This document shows, piece after piece, positions 10,550 through 22,643 of a DNA stretch of 64,000 bases; position 1 is the stretch's first letter, and every line of letters starts with the position of its first letter. Both the position numbers and the translations under genes were made by a program. The stretch is from Mantamonas sphyraenae STR306 (taxonomy: Eukaryota; Protista; CRuMs): contig JAPMXV010000056.1 in NCBI GenBank assembly GCA_026936335.1, positions 124,001 through 188,000 on the forward strand, given 5' to 3'. Below the pieces are notes generated by a model, which saw only the letters and a list, made by a program, of their open reading frames with translations, had not been told where the DNA came from and did no database searches.

Positions 10550-13264
10550 TCACGCCAGGTAGCTGTACATTTTACGGTCCTGGTTGCGTTCCAGATAGTC
10601 ACGCTCGATCAGACTCTCAATCCTCCTCTTGATGGCGTTGGAGGTGACTGGGAAGCGGTGCATGAGCATGCGAGCCACCTCTAGGATGAGTTTGGAATGC
10701 TCCTCCACCTTGCGCGTCTTCATGACACGCACAATCGCCGCCTCGATCTCGTGGTTGCGATCCTCGTCCACCTTTTGCCGCACCTCTTTTGTTTCGCCAT
10801 CGCTCTGCTTCTGCGACGACGCCGCCGTGATCTTGACGTGGCGAGAGCGCGACGAAAAGGCTGTGTTGACCGAAAACACATCGGTGTCCTCGATGCGCTT
10901 GCTGTCGGGCTCCTTGAGCAGAATCTTGCTGCGTGACGACGTCAGGATGGCCAGCTGGCGTTTGAGGTCGCGCGGCTGGATCTTGGTTTGCTTGGCAATG
11001 TCGTCAAAGGTCAGCGAGTCCTGGTCGTTGAAGAGCAGCAGGAGGACCATCTGATATGTGCTGCAACTCAGCTCCTTCACGCCTCCCTTCTTGGACCCGT
11101 TGAACGTGGCACGCAGTTCCGCCGTGCCCATGTTGGTTTGCCACGTCAGCACACGACCCGTGTGCACACTCAGGTAATACTCGCGGAATGCGGCGCACGA
11201 CGCCGTGAGCACGTCCGGCAGCAGGCACTCTTCCACCTCGTGGGTGGGCCAGAATCCCTTGGTCAGCACAGACACGCGCAGGTCCACGGGGATGGTTTCG
11301 CCACGGCCCTGCAGCCACTCGTTGAACTGATCGCGTCCGTCGTTGGACAGGCGCATGTCTGTAAACATGCCCTCAAACTTGCTTGTGAACTGGTAGCCGC
11401 ACTCTGTTTTGAGCTTGGAGATCATCTGGCGCTCTGCGTCGTCGCTCACCGATCGCCCAAGCAGCAGTCGCTTGGCCAGGTGCTGTTTGTAGTACGTCTC
11501 AAACAGGTCCTTCTCCTGCAGGAAGCGGAACACGCTGATCGTCTTGTCCAACACCGACTCCACCTCCTCCTCCGTCATGCCCTTCAGGCCCTTCTTGAGC
11601 TTGTGGTCGATAAACAGCGAGATGTACTCTGCCCCACGGCGCGACATGTTGACAAAGTACTCAAAGGCCTGGTGCACACTCTGCACAAACTTGGAATCCT
11701 CGCCCAGCGCATGTGTGGTGATGCGATCGTACTTGTCCATCAGCTGGATCAGCGAATCGACATAGTCCACCGCTTTGACGTCGTCGTGCTCGGCCAGGGC
11801 CTTGCCCGTGTCACGCAGGTACGTGGACATCTGCGTGCGCATCAGCTCGTGGCCACCCTCCACACGTCCGAACAGATCGTACATGCGCTTCAAATCCTCC
11901 AGCTTCTCGTCGCGCAACATAGCCACCAGGCCACTGTTTTCCATTTTGGCCAGCGTCTCCATGTGTGTGGCGATCATTTCGCGCTCCAGCACCTGCCGCA
12001 CGCCTTTCAGCGTACCCGGATCCAGGTACGAGTGCACGCGCAGGCTCTCCTCGTACAGCCTTTGTTCCACCTTTTGCATGTACTCTGCGCAGTTGCTCAC
12101 TGCAATCAGCCGGTTGCTCTCGTCGCGGTAAAAGTCTGTCGAGCTGCGCAGGAAGAAGCGTTCAAACTCGGCCACGTACACACTGTGGGTGGCGATTGTG
12201 TGCGTGACTGCGTGAGTGGCGTGAAAACAAAGCAGTTGCAGTGCGTGCACGTCTCCCGTCGTGTGGATCTCCGTGTGCTCATGTGCACGGCGGCAGCTTA
12301 CTCTTTGGTGCCCAGGCCGAGTTCCACCAGCATGCTAGTCATGCTCTTGAGCAGGGTCTGGTCAACCAGCTCGTTGTTGCGTTCAAGTTGGATGGCGCTC
12401 AACAATTGCATGCGCAGGCGGTCTCGCACACGCTCGTGAAAGACGACCTGCTCCTTGAAGTGCGTCAGGCCCAGATCGTACACCGCCAAACAGTTGTTCT
12501 GCGCCACATACACGCGGTCCATGTACATGAGGATGTCACGGATCATCAACATCGACACCTTGTGGTCTGACCAGTGCTTGTTCAGCGTCGACAGAAACTG
12601 GCCGTCGTGTGCTGCCGCAACTTCGTCGCGCGCCGACCTCAGATGCCTCTTCACCAGTTCCTCCAGCCCGCGGTACAGCCGGTCGCCGTGTTTGTGCAAC
12701 ACCATGTTGTATGCGTTGCTGAAAGAATCGCGCGCAGACGTGCGAGTGAGTATGAGTGGGCATGTGTGTGTGTTTGTGTGTGTGTGCGTGTCTGTGTCTG
12801 TGCGTGTCCGTCGGGGTGCCAAGGGACGCCCAATTCCCGGTTTTGCTTGTTGCGTTAGACTCACCGGTACAACTCTTCAAAGCTCAACCCGCTGGCATTC
12901 TTGCGATGGATCTCCTCAATGGCCTTCTCCAGAAGCGCCCACGTGGTGTCGGCGTACTTCTTGTCCATGTTCTGTCCGGGCGGGGCGCCGAAACGTGTGA
13001 GAAGCGGGCACACCCAACACGGGAATTCGTTCCCACCCGTTGTCCCGCAGAGCGCGCCAACTTGCTTTGGCCCTTTTGCAGGGCCTCCGCCAGTGTATTC
13101 CTCGGCCATCTTCCAACACACGGGCAGTGGCGTGTGCACGCCGGCCGATCACGAGTGCGCGAAACGGCCGCGCGGTGAGATCACCGCACACGTATCCACA
13201 CGGCCCACAGACTTACGGACGTATTCTTGAACTGCCGGATGGTGATCTTGAGCTTCCCCGGCAT
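10550..13264 (-). CDS. CUL3: Cullin-3 (4 exons: 13264-~13217, ~12972-12865, ~12719-~12302, ~12183-10550)
   Basis: GLSFEELYR|[34 protein letters not shown], neddylation motif [10 protein letters not shown]-terminal YSYLA. Confidence 0.96.
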
Positions 13265-13398
13265 AATGTGTATTCGTGTGTGCGTGTGTGTGTGTGTGTG
13301 TGGAGGGGTGGAGAGGTGGTTCAACTCGCGCACACGCGCGCAGACGGAGACAACAGCCCAGCAGCCACGTCACACACACTCGACAGACAACCCACACC

Positions 13399-14835
13399 AT
13401 GGCTGATCTTGACCTGTGTCTGCAGAAGCTGTACCGTGCCGAGGCACTCAACGAGCACGTGATCAAGGAGCTGTGCGAGCGGATGAAAGAGCTGCTGATT
13501 TACGAGAGCAACGTCAAGCACATTGATGCACCCGTGACCATTGTGGGCGACGTCCACGGGTAAGTGTGTGCTTGTGCCCCGCCATCCACGCACCACGCAA
13601 TGTAGAGGCGTCTCCTCGCTGCCGTTGTCCGCCCGAGAGGGTTTCCTCGGCATATTCGTTCTGACCCGTCGTCCGTCACCCCACACATGCAACCTCGTCC
13701 ACAGCCAATTCTACGACCTGCTGGAGCTCTTCCGTGTCGGTGGCCAGTGCCCAGACACAAACTACCTCTTCCTCGGCGACTATGTCGACCGTGGCCACTA
13801 CAGCGTCGAAACCATTTCTTTGCTCGTTTGTCTCAAGGTCCGCTACCCTGACCGCATCACCCTCCTCCGTGGCAACCACGAGTCGCGCCAGATCACACAG
13901 GTGTGTTGCTTCTTCCGTCTGCCAATCCTCCACACATGTCTCGTCTCCCCTTTGCCATCTTCCACGCCCGTGGAGCCCATTCCTCAGTTGCCCCTTTTTC
14001 CAAGCTCGCTGACGCGCCCGAAAACCTCGCCCAATCCGCGCGCCTCGCAGGTCTATGGCTTCTACGGCGAGTGCATGCGCAAGTATGGTAACGCCAACGT
14101 CTGGAAGTACTTCACCGACATGTTTGATTATCTCACCACGGCCGCGGTGGTGTCTAACCGCGTCTTTTGCGTCCACGGAGGTGTGTTTGCCTGATTTTTG
14201 CCCCTTTTTGCTACCCTCCTGCACGCCCGCCTTTTCGGCTCCTCCCGCACAGCAACCCGCGCAGCATGCACCTGTGCCGCTCGCTCCACAATGCCCCGCA
14301 CACATGCCCCACCCGTCCATTGGCACACTCCCCACTGCCGCCCTGTACCTCGTGCTCGCTCGGCCCTTCGCTAACCCTCCTTGCGCTCGTTACAGGTCTT
14401 TCGCCTTCCATCCACACCTTTGACCAGATCCGCGTCATGGACCGCTTTCAGGAGGTGCCACATGAGGGCCCTCTTACGGATCTGCTGTGGAGTGATCCGG
14501 ATCCGCAGAAGGAAGGCTATGCCCTGTCGCCGCGTGGAGCCGGTTACACGTTCGGAGAGGACGTCGTCAACAAGTTCCTCAAGGTCAATCAGGTTGAACA
14601 TATTGTGCGTGCACACCAGCTCTGCATGGACGGCTACCAGGTGCTGTGGGACGACCATGTGTCCACCGTCTGGTCTGCCCCCAACTACTGCTACCGCTGC
14701 GGCAACGTTGCCGCCATCTTGGAAATCGACGACGACGGCAACCGCTTCTACAACACCTTTACCGACGCGCCCGAGAGCGAGCGCTCCCACCCCACCGTCG
14801 ACAACACCAAGGAGGTGCCCGACTACTTCCTCTGA
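13399..14835 (+). CDS. PP2A-like Ser/Thr phosphatase catalytic subunit, Ppg1-type (4 exons)
   Basis: [29 protein letters not shown]-terminal DYFL. N-terminus LDLCLQKLY and STVWSAPNY resemble Ppg1/PP4/PP6. Confidence 0.92.
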
Positions 14836-14974
14836 TTGGACAAAGGTCACCACTCTTCATGCACAAAACGAAACCACAAACAAAACCTCCAACAGACCCA
14901 TTTCTCCGTTTTCCATTCCATGCCATGGCCCGACATTCTGTCCCCCCGCACCCATCGCACCCATTCCAATACCG

Positions 14975-16546
14975 TCACTCTGTTGATGTTCGCACCACAT
15001 CGTTGGCGTCCAGCTGTTTCAAGTGTGGCAGGTACAGCAGCGCCGTCGCGCGGTACCGTACGTGCTTGGCAATCGGGTTGCCCTCCAGGTACACCGTGTC
15101 CAGGTTTTCCAGTGTCGACAGGTGCTCCAACGATTCCCACGCGGCAATGTCGTTGTCGTGGATCCAAAACTCGCGGAGCTTGCTCATGTGGTTCACGTTC
15201 TCCACCTCGGTGATCTTGTTCATGCTCACATCCAGCACCTCCATGTTGACAAGTGCCTCGAATCCCTCCAGTTTGGTCAGGCCGTTGTCTGCCAGGTGAA
15301 GCTCCACCAGATTGGTCAGACCATCCAAGCCCTCGATCTTTGTCAGCCGGTTGCTCTGCACATCCAAAATCTGCAGCTTGCTCAGGCGCTCCAGACCGGC
15401 CAGCTGCGTGATTTTGTTCTTTCCCAACCACAGCTTCTCCAGGTTGCCCGCCAGGCCGTCCAGGTTGCTGATTGTGCGGATGCGGTTCGAGCCCAGCTCC
15501 AAGCTGGTCATGTTGGTCAGCCGCTGCAGCGACACGTCCACATGCGTCAGCTTGTTGTTGATCAGAAACAGTTCTTGGATGCTCATGGGAAGCAGCCCTG
15601 TGATGTCCGACAGACTGCCTTCCTCCTCAACCACCATCGACCCGTCGTCCTCAGCAGCGGCACTTTGCGACGACGCCTGTGCGACCGATCCGGATCCCGA
15701 CTCGGCCATCTCCTCGATGTTCCAGAACGGAAAGTCCGACTCTGGGTCCAGGTTGCTCACCGAACGCAGTTCGTTGAAACTCAAGTCCAGGTACGTCAAC
15801 TTTTCCAGGTGCTCCAGACCCTCCACCACGCTCAGTTTGTTGTCGTACAGGTCCAACCACGTCAATTCGCTCAACTTTTCCAATCCCTCAACCTTTTCGA
15901 TAAAGTTGTTGCGCAGGGACAGTTGCTGGAGGGGTAAAAGTGCAGCCACAACCGTGTCAGCAACGTCCACGGCCTTGCGCGCTCATACAACCCCACCGGT
16001 GTGCACAGCCATGCACAAAGACACACAATCAAACGCATTATCTCCATAGCAACACAGCAGTGGATATCCATGCAAAGCCAGGGGGAAAACAACCGCACAG
16101 CGACCGACCCGCCGCACGCACACATGCAGATGTGCAAACGGCCCCAAGGTGAACACACAAGTCATCGAAAACACATGTACACGGTTGCACATGTGTACAT
16201 TGTCTTGGCGACTTGTGTGCGCGCAGTACGGCGTTGCAAACCAAGCAGCCGGAAACAACACAAAACGTGCGTTCCGTTCACGGTGCTCGCACAAAGAGCA
16301 CACACATTGCTGTCGTTGGCACTTTCACACGCGATAACGTGCAGTGAGGTCATGCACGAGGGCTGGGGAAACGTACAGTGCATCCAGTGGCCTCGTCAAG
16401 GTTCTGGATCTTTTTCGGATGCGGTTCGAGGCCAGGTAGATCTCCTTCAGCTCGGGAGTGATGTCGTAGCCGTCACCAATGGTCGGGATTTGGTGGAAGC
16501 TGACGTCAAGAATAGTTGTCGAGTCCTGTTCGGTGGTGTTGCTCAT
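14975..16546 (-). CDS. PPP1R7: Sds22/PPP1R7-like LRR protein (exons 16546-16377, 15925-14975; apparent frameshift at ~16413)
   Basis: 22-aa LxxLxLxxNxIxxIxxL repeats, LELGSNRIR, LWLGKNKI, LRRcap TVYLEGNP..YR..LPHLKQLDA. Confidence 0.85.
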
Positions 16547-16716
16547 GTTGGGTTTTGCCTGGGGCGTGTGGCGCCATCGTCCCATCGGCCCCCACTTGGA
16601 CGCTGAGGTTCACACATGCACATCGACGAGCGCGAATGCCCTTACCACTCGGCTGGGAGGGGTCCCTTTGCGTGTGGCGGGAGAGGTTGGCACGTGCGCG
16701 AGCACGGGCAACGCTG

Positions 16717-18611
16717 ATGGACATTGACGACCCCAGAGATCCGCCTGCGGTGCAGGTGGACGATGCCATGGACGAAGAAGTTGGATCGACCAGCCAGAGC
16801 ACAGACAATGCTGAGCCTGTGCAGGAGCAGCGTAGCGATAAGGCCAAAATGCCCATCGCTCTCTTTGTATTCCCCGACGATCCGCTTGCGTTGGCATCGC
16901 TGTTGGACACCAGCGAGCTGTCCTCTGTCGAAGTCTCCAGGTCCTCCGACGAGTCTGCCGATGCCCTCAGTGATACGACGTTGAGCAAGTCGTCGTCGTC
17001 GTCCTCTTCGTCGTCCGATTCCAGCGTATCCAGCAGCCGACGAGGAAGCGACGATCTGCCTGCCGCAAAATGGGAAAGCACAAACCCAGCTCAAGCGTTC
17101 TACGTCGGCTCGCAGGTGAACAAGTTCCTGGGCCTCAATCGTGGAGCTCTATACGCCAAGTTCCCTCACCTCTTCTCGCGTCCTGCCTCTCTGGAAGAGA
17201 AGCGATACCTGAAGGAAATTGGTGTGATTGGCTCTGCAAACATGGTCAAAGTCACGCTCGTGGACGCCGGCGAGATCCACGAGCTGCTTCAGGAAGAGTT
17301 CCCGCACCTGTGGGAAGAATACGACACCGGTGCACTTGGAGATAGTTCACTTTTGGTGGATGTGGCCTACAACTGGAACAATCCTTGCCCCAAGGTTCCG
17401 GTGCTTAATATGGGCCAGACCGGAGCGGAGCAAAAACGCAGGCTCCGCGCAAAATCGCATGGAGCCTCGGCGGGTGACACAGGCACAATGCTGACTTGGC
17501 ACACACATGACGGACGAAGAACCAGGCGTAGCCGTCATGCGGGCGTCCAACCGTCGAAAAGGCGCAACACGGTGGACATGTTGGCTCCGGTGCGAGACCT
17601 GGCCTCTGTGAGGTCCACAGTGGAGTCTGTGACTTTGCAACGCTCTCGTTCCAAGAGTCCGCAGTCGCGCACGCGTCCGTCCGCCGGATCCAACTCCGAT
17701 CGATCCGAATCGCCTATGGGGAAACGTAAGCGCGAGCTGCGAGAAGACGTCCTGTCCGGACACGACGAGCGCACTCGCAGCGAACCGCTCGCTCGAAGCG
17801 CATCGGTGGACGACAGTGGCATTGGAGACTCCCGTGCGTTGCACTTCCGCAGTGATCTTTATAATCGGTCTCGCGGCTCATCGGTCTCGTCGAACAAAAG
17901 GTAAGCTTACGCGAGAACGGCGCCCACCGGCGCGTTTGTTGCCCGAAACGGCGACACACCCAGAAGCTCTGCGTTTTTTTTCGTGCAACGTACGCGTAAC
18001 TTTACCCAGCAGGGGCCCAACACAACACGGCAGGCTTCGGGGCGGCTACTCACACATCACACATGGTGCACACACACATCCACAGCACTCATAGCGACAT
18101 GTACAACGAGATCTCCCTCGGGATGGAACAGGAGTGGGAGCTGGACACCGAGCGGCTCCTTTCCCCCAAACGACAGCGTAGTGAGATGGATTCCGGCTCT
18201 CGCTCGCCTGGTTCCTCCTCGGAAGCGTATCGGGAACAAGTGCTGCAGGCCGACGAGGACACTGCAGCCGTGTTGCTGGAGACGTTTCACCAAGAGATGA
18301 AACGCTCCGTCGCAAGGCTTGAGCAAGAAGTCTCCAACCTCGACGAGTACCAAAAGCACAAAGGCATGCGCGGCTCAGCTGGCCTCGGCTCCATTTCCTC
18401 CAGTCTGAATGATCTCAAAGCTCGAGTCGAATCCCTGCAGCTCGATTCTCCGGTGTCCACCCCGCCCAGTCGCCGCAGCCCGTCCCGCCAGGCCGCACCC
18501 GTCCTCATGGTCGAGGGCCAGCAGATGCTCGACAGTGTGCGCACTGTGCTCACCAATGGGACCGCCCACGACGACCTGGATTTGATGGACAAGGAGGAGG
18601 AGCAAGGGTGA
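16717..18611 (+). CDS. Protein with SMARCB1/INI1-type winged-helix domain, disordered Ser/Arg region and C-terminal coiled coil (intron ~17901-18094)
   Basis: FYVGSQVNKFLGLNRGALYAKFPHLFSRPASLEEK...VTLVDAGEIHELL aligns by eye with the SMARCB1 N-terminal domain. Confidence 0.72.
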
Positions 18612-18652
18612 CGCAGTTTTTTTCTCGTCAGCCATTAATGTACCACAACGCA

Positions 18653-19862
18653 TCAATATGAGTCCACAACGCCTTGGTCGTCCACACTGTCACTGTCAAC
18701 GCCACTTGTGGTTGCGCTGTTGTCGTCGTCGTCGTCGTTGCCGTCGTGTTCCTCGTGTTCCTCGTGTTCTCGTTCTGGCAACTCGTCGAGCTCCAGTTCG
18801 CGACGCACACGCTGGTAGGTGCCCTCTGAAGACGCTTCACGAGTGCCCAAAAGCCATTGGAAGCAGTCTGTGCACAGACAGGCTCGTGGATGGTCGGCCA
18901 ATGGGCCACACAGCACGGTATATCCGCAGGCCAACGCCGCCCCACCGCACGGGATCACAATGAGACTCACCGCGAGCACAAACAGCTGCACGGGTGATTC
19001 ACCAAATCGCATGCCCATCATCAGGTCCAGCGAGCCACGCGTGGCATTCCAAGCGCTCAGCAACGGATCCCGCTCGTGCCTCACCTCCACCACCACAGGT
19101 CCCGCTTCCGCCATATTTACACGTCCCTGTTCATCCACCACCCTCTCATCGATGTCTCTCCATTCCCTCACCACCTCTTTCTCTCCAAACGGATATGTAC
19201 ACGCATGATGGCCGCTGCACAGAGGCACCTTGTCAGCTCTGGTCTCCTCACACACACACACACACACACACAAGCACACACACAAACAGGGCGCAAACTT
19301 ACAACCGAGTCGACAAACGCCATTGGTGTGGGTGGCCCACGCTGACACAAGCACGACTTGCAATCTGCCGTGTGCCCTTGAAACGGAACAGGGGCACGGC
19401 CACAGTGAGGTTCTCTTGGCCCTCCTGGCTGTCCAACTCCACATCCAAGTCCACACTCGGATCAAACGCCTTCCAAGTGCCCGTGGGCCAAGCAACAGTG
19501 CGTTCGTAGCGCAGATGCTGGTCGTCGTAGCGCTGCTGCGGCGTTTGGGCCCACACCTTCCTTTCCGCCGGGCCCATGCTGCGGTTGGCCCGAAAGTGTG
19601 CAAAGCGACCGTGCAAGTCCAGTTGAAAGTAGTAACGAGTGGACCACAGGTGCACGGCATCGGAGTATGTCTCCTGCATGCCCTCCAGCTGGCCTTGTTT
19701 CGCAAGCGCCGTGTCCAGCTGCCCCTGCGCCACAAACAGCAGTGCCCAGCCCACAGCCGTCACACTGAGCAACACAGCCACGAGAGCACACACTCTCTTC
19801 ACCTCCTTCTGTTCCCTGCGGTCCAGCGTGTCCAACACCTCGTCCAGCAACGAGCCAACCAT
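18653..19862 (-). CDS. Hypothetical two-TM membrane protein with lumenal/extracellular loop (one intron ~19302-19210)
   Basis: Hydrophobic segments near both ends, N-glycosylation sequons (NRS, NLT, NAT), acidic tail. Confidence 0.65.
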
Positions 19863-19942
19863 CGTCCTGACCCGTCCCCTGCCTTTGCCTCGTCGCTCGC
19901 ATGCATCCACCACAACCTTTTCGTGTTGGCCTTGCACCCCTC

Positions 19943-21836
19943 ATGGAGAAGCTCACCACCAATCCGACTCTGTTGGAATACAACGACTTTTTCAACAGCA
20001 TGCCCATGGCCCCCGTGGCCGTCGAGGAGGCCATGACCTCGCTCTCGGGCAACACGGGCCTGCCTGTCGATCAGGTCAAGCTTCTGCTCTGCCTCATTGT
20101 CGCTGTGCCCCTTTCCTTCCTCTTCCGCGCCATCCCTGGTCAGTTGCCTCCCGTCTGCAATGTCTCCATAGCCTCCTGGGTGCTCACACACACATGCACC
20201 CCCCTCTTCCCACCACCACCCTCCACCCACACAGGCGCCTCTGCCAAGCACATCGTCTCCATCACCATCGGCGTGGCCATGTCTTGGTTCTGCCTGGGTG
20301 CACAGACCCTCCACTCGTTCTTCACCTCCCTCATGGTCTACCTCCTCGTTGCCCTGCTCCCATCCAAGCGTTCCCACTACGCTGTGTTTTTCTTCACCAT
20401 GATCTACATGAGTGCCAGGTATGTGCAGTGCAAGGCAGACATTTTGTCTCTCTCTCTACCCTTCCCTCTCTGTGTTGCCTTTCCCATTGCCTCGCCTGTC
20501 CAACCGGATCCTCTCCTTTTACCCAGATGCCACGTGGCTGGCTCCTCTTTGCAACCATGACATGCTCACCCGTCTTTGTCCGCCTCCCACTCGCCCCACA
20601 GCCACATCTACCGCCAGTACACCGACTACATGGGCTGGAGCATGGACTTTACCGGACCGCAGATGGTACGCAACACACATACACATCCGCATGCAACGCG
20701 CAGGACGCCGAACACGCGCAACGTTTACCCGCGTGTTTTCGCTGACACCCCAACCTCTCCCCCCGCCCTCCTCGCAGATCATCACGATCAAGCTCACCAC
20801 CTTTGCATACAACTACCACGACGGCCAACTGTCGGATGCAGAGAAGGAGAAGAAGCTGCACCCGGAGCAGGCCAACACAGCCATCAAGGACCTGCCGTCG
20901 TTGCTCGAGTTTTTCTCTTACGTTTACTTTTTCGGCAGCTACATGGCCGGCCCTGCGTTTGAGATCAAGTACTACCTGGACTACGTGAACGGCGACCTTG
21001 CCAAGAAGGGCAAGGACGGCAAGCTGCCCCTGGACATTGTGGGCGTGCTGACGCGCTTTGTGACCGCCTTCCTGTGCGCAGGCGTGTACCAGGTGGCCAC
21101 CGCCAAGGTGCCCCTGGCCTACACCCACTCTGATGAGTTTCTCAACCACCCCATGTGGTGGCGTGTGGGCTACATGACCGTGTCGGTGATCCTGACGCGT
21201 TACAAGTACTACTTTGCCTGGTCGCTTGCCGACTCGTCCACCGTGGCCTCGGGTGTGGCCTTCAACGGCTACGACAAACAGGGCAACGTGCGTTGGGACC
21301 GCTGCAAGAACATGAGCATCCTGGATGTGGAGATGGGCCAGAGCATGAAGCAGGTGACCGACCACTGGAACATGGGCACCGCCAAGTGGCTCAAGAACTG
21401 CGTCTACCTGCGCCTGGCCCCTGTGGGAACCAAGCCCGCCGCCTATGTTACCGTGCTCACCTACATGACCAGCGCCTTCTGGCACGGCTTCTACCCGGGC
21501 TACTACCTCACCTTTGCCACCGGTGCCCTCATCACCGAGGTTGGCAAGAACATGCGTCGCATGTTCAACCACCGTGCCGTCGCCGCTGGTCCCACCGTCA
21601 AGCGCATCTATGACTTTGGCTGCCTCATTGCCGTCATGCTCTCTCTCAACTACGCCGGCGCCGCCTTCCTCCTCCTGGACTACGGCTACGCCAGCAAGGC
21701 CTGGGGCGCCGTTGGCTTCTCCACCCACCTTGTTTTGCTGCCCCTCTTTGTCCTCTTCCTCGTCATGCCCCCCAAGTCGCCCAAGAAGGCGCCCAAGAAG
21801 GATGCCGCCAAGGAGGAGCCCAAGAAGGAAAAGTGA
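19943..21836 (+). CDS. MBOAT lysophospholipid acyltransferase (Ale1/LPCAT-type), multi-exon
   Basis: DFTGPQM, PSLLEFFSY, WNMGTAKWLK, SAFWHGFYPGYY (catalytic His), C-terminal KKEK ER-retrieval motif. Confidence 0.93.
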
Positions 21837-21887
21837 GTGATGAGCTAGCGAATTGCGCACAATGCAAAACAACCTTCAATTGCCACT

Positions 21888-22457
21888 TCACTTCTTCTTT
21901 GGTGTCCCTGCGTCAATGATGGCCTTTTCCACACTCTTGATCATCTCGTCGCTCATGAAACGACCAAAGATGCCCTTGGGTGGCTGCCCTGCACGAGCAC
22001 TGCTTGTGGCAGCATTGGCTGCACTGCTGCTGCTGCTGCTGCTGCTGGCGGACCTATCTACAATCGCCTTGGCGCCTGTGCGAGGATGTGCCGTGTGTGT
22101 GTGTGCCCACGGGTCAGTCGGGCGGAAAGAGTGAAAATGGCAGGAAACAACCTGCTGCTCCTGCACACCCATGGCCAACCCCCCATGCTCCATGGTCACC
22201 GTGACATTGTCTCACAATCACGCTGTGCACATTCGAGAGGGTATCTGAAGCAATCAGGCAGCAGGGTGGCTAGGCGGGGTCTGTTTGCTTCACCGGCTGC
22301 GCTGCCGGCGACTTTTGTGCCACGTACCTCGTTTGCTGATGTCCTCCATCATGTCTGCGCTACGCACGGCAAAGCGTTGGAACTGTTTGTTGCTGGCCAG
22401 CTTGTCGACCACGGCCTGGTTGGCCCAGTAGTTGAAGATTTTCTGGAAGAAGGACAT
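21888..22457 (-). CDS. Small conserved protein, NCBP2-AS2-like (exons 22457-~22328, ~22075-21888)
   Basis: MSFFQKIFNYWANQAVVDKLASNKQFQRFAVRS. A GTACGT..CAG intron joins the two ORF fragments in frame. Confidence 0.6.
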
Positions 22458-22643
22458 GGCAAACTTCGCTGAGGGCTGTTGCGGGGACGGGCAGAAAACG
22501 CAACGGGTCAGATTCGACACAGGTCTTGCAGAGGTGGCTTTTGGGATGCAGTGCAGACAATGGATGGAAAAACTCACGGGACAAGGTTGGTTCGGTCGAT
22601 GCGGCGCCGCGGGCTCCTCGCCACCAAAAACACACAAACAAAT

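Noticed and set aside
15590-15760. About 55-aa acidic insert in the Sds22 LRR
   Set aside because: It is a low-complexity loop of the kind seen in many proteins in this window, with no distinct signal.
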